The translations under genes were made by a program, and so were the position numbers. A stretch of 32,000 nucleotides of DNA from Caedibacter taeniospiralis (GTDB taxonomy: Bacteria > Pseudomonadota > Gammaproteobacteria > Francisellales > Francisellaceae), in contig NZ_PGGB02000006.1 in the NCBI RefSeq assembly GCF_002803295.2, positions 10,157 through 42,156 of the forward strand, in the 5' to 3' direction. Of the stretch, positions 30,587 through 32,000 are shown in pieces (the stretch's first letter is position 1; the number at the start of each line of letters is the position of its first letter). The notes beneath the pieces are model-generated. The model was given only the letters and a program-made list of their open reading frames with translations, was not told where the DNA came from and made no database searches.

Positions 30587-31753
30587 CTAGCTTATTGCCG
30601 TTGCAATGTCCTTATAGTTGACCAAGGAAAACTTCCCCTCTATCTTGTAATGCTGTTTACCTGCATAGACGAGGAAAGCTTTACTCATGCGCTCCCCCAC
30701 AAGAGAGCCGAAGTATTCTAATCCTTTTAGGAAGCTCGGATCAAAACTTTTTGCTGATTTGATCTCGATAGGAATTAAATCATTTGCACGTTTATACACA
30801 AGATCAACTTCGTTACCGTGATTGTCACGAAAGAAATATAAATTTGGCTCTAAGCCCCGATTAAAGCGAGCTTTTATGAGCTCTAAAACAACCAGATTTT
30901 CTACAATACTACCTCTTAAAGGATCTCTGGAGATCTGATTAATATTCTCTATGCCAAGGAGATAGCTCACAAGTCCCACATCAAAAAAATAAAGCTTAGG
31001 AGATTTAATTAAGCGCTTGCCAAAGTTTTCGTAATAGGGTGCAATCCGAAAAATAACATACGAAGCTTCCAAAATAGATAACCAATTCCCAATCGTTGCT
31101 GCGGATACGCCCACTTCATTGGCAAGATTTGTCTGGCTAAATATCTGTCCTACACGACTGGCACACAGTCTAAAGAATTTTTGAAATAATAATAAATCAT
31201 GAACCTTGCTCATATGGCGAATATCACGCTCAATATAAGTACCCACATAACTTCTATAGAATGTTTGCGCATCCTGGCTTTTGGCGTAGATTGCAGGCAT
31301 AAAACCATTGAGAAGGTACTCATCTAAATCCAGTTCTATTTGCTGTGTTTTGAGTTCGCCGATGCTTAAAGGAAGTAGAGAGATAAGGGCCGTGCGTCCC
31401 GCTAAAGACTGGCTAATTGCTTCATGCAAATCAAGTTGCTGACTTCCCGTCAGGATATATAATCCATTTTGCTGCTTTTGATCCACCATAACCTGCAAAT
31501 ATGATAAGAGCTTTGGGACTCGCTGAATTTCATCTATGATCGCGCCATCTGGAAATTGATCAATAAAGCCTCTCCCATCAAGCATTGCAAATTCGCGAAC
31601 ATCAGGATCTTCTAGATTTGTGTAAGGTTTATCTGGGAACAATTCTCTTGCTATCGTTGTTTTACCGACTTGCCTTGGTCCCACCAAAGTAACTATAGGA
31701 TACTGCTGTGCCATCTTTTTTATGGGTTCACTCACAAGGCGTTGAATGTTCAT
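30587..31753 (-). CDS. AAA_14/DUF4143 ATP-binding protein
   Basis: VTLVGPRQVGKTTIARELFPDKPYTNLEDPDVREFA, GAIIDEIQRVPKLLSYLQ, YILTGSQQLDLHEAISQSLAGRTALISLLPLS, C-terminal nuclease-like fold segment NHGNEVDLVYKRANDLIPIEIKSAKSF. Confidence 0.93.
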   Translation of the reverse strand: MNIQRLVSEPIKKMAQQYPIVTLVGPRQVGKTTIARELFPDKPYTNLEDPDVREFAMLDGRGFIDQFPDGAIIDEIQRVPKLLSYLQVMVDQKQQNGLYILTGSQQLDLHEAISQSLAGRTALISLLPLSIGELKTQQIELDLDEYLLNGFMPAIYAKSQDAQTFYRSYVGTYIERDIRHMSKVHDLLLFQKFFRLCASRVGQIFSQTNLANEVGVSAATIGNWLSILEASYVIFRIAPYYENFGKRLIKSPKLYFFDVGLVSYLLGIENINQISRDPLRGSIVENLVVLELIKARFNRGLEPNLYFFRDNHGNEVDLVYKRANDLIPIEIKSAKSFDPSFLKGLEYFGSLVGERMSKAFLVYAGKQHYKIEGKFSLVNYKDIATAIS

Positions 31754-31820
31754 TCTGTGTATTTATCTAAAACAATTTTATATTTACACGGAGTTTATCT
31801 TTAAAGACAGGTAAATTCAA

Positions 31821-31848
31821 GTAGGGGCGAAATATTTTTCTCCCCTAC
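31821..31848. terminator. Palindrome, terminator-like, between two same-strand genes
   Basis: GTAGGGGcGAAA-TATT-TTTCtCCCCTAC is a 12-bp near-perfect stem immediately after, and slightly overlapping, the stop of the edge ORF. Confidence 0.5.
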
Positions 31849-32000
31849 GCGTCAAGACACTCTGATACCAGGTCTATTACATTACGCTCAATCGGATCAA
31901 AACTCATGCCAATCAGATAAACAGGCTTATTGATACTAAGATATTTTTCCGCATAGTTTTTATCTTTAATCTGCTGAATAGCATTCTTGGCATCCCCCAG
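31845..32000 (-). CDS. C-terminal end of AAA-ATPase-like / PD-(D/E)XK nuclease superfamily protein (DUF1703-like), truncated by window edge
   Basis: Manual translation LGDAKNAIQQIKDKNYAEKYLSINKPVYLIGMSFDPIERNVIDLVSECLDA*. QIKDKNYAEKY...VYLIGMSFD is the characteristic tail of this family. Confidence 0.75.
   Translation of the reverse strand: MGDAKNAIQQIKDKNYAEKYLSINKPVYLIGMSFDPIERNVIDLVSECLDA

Overview
The window is a bacterial, probably gammaproteobacterial, chromosomal segment, inferred only from gene content and operon order. Most of it is ordinary housekeeping: proC (3' end), yggT, ribF-ileS-lspA, a Fic protein, nrdA-nrdB-2Fe2S ferredoxin, cca, msbA, lpxK, dsbB with a small membrane protein, a tandem Usp protein, a FUSC-like protein, ispB, an acyltransferase/thioesterase/LolA-like trio, a LysM lipoprotein, tRNA-Pro(GGG), a cold-shock protein, kdsD, a Fis-type HTH protein, uvrB, tRNA-Leu(CAA), tgt, a P-loop ATPase/cyclase pair and an AAA_14/DUF4143 ATPase. 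I did not find a clear, complete novel defence or mobile system. The items most worth follow-up are: (1) an in-frame TGA at codon 12 of dsbB, behind a good Shine-Dalgarno; (2) a possible junction where the N-terminal part of an ArsC-like reductase gene is missing and abuts a translationally coupled ATPase/cyclase pair; (3) a very divergent NSS/SNF-like multi-TM protein; (4) an ~700 bp non-coding island between nrdA and cca, with a perfect 27-bp inverted repeat and nested hairpins; (5) small dispersed palindromic repeats between nrdB and its ferredoxin; (6) a YcgN-like gene remnant beside an aryl-polyene-like acyltransferase/thioesterase/LolA block.
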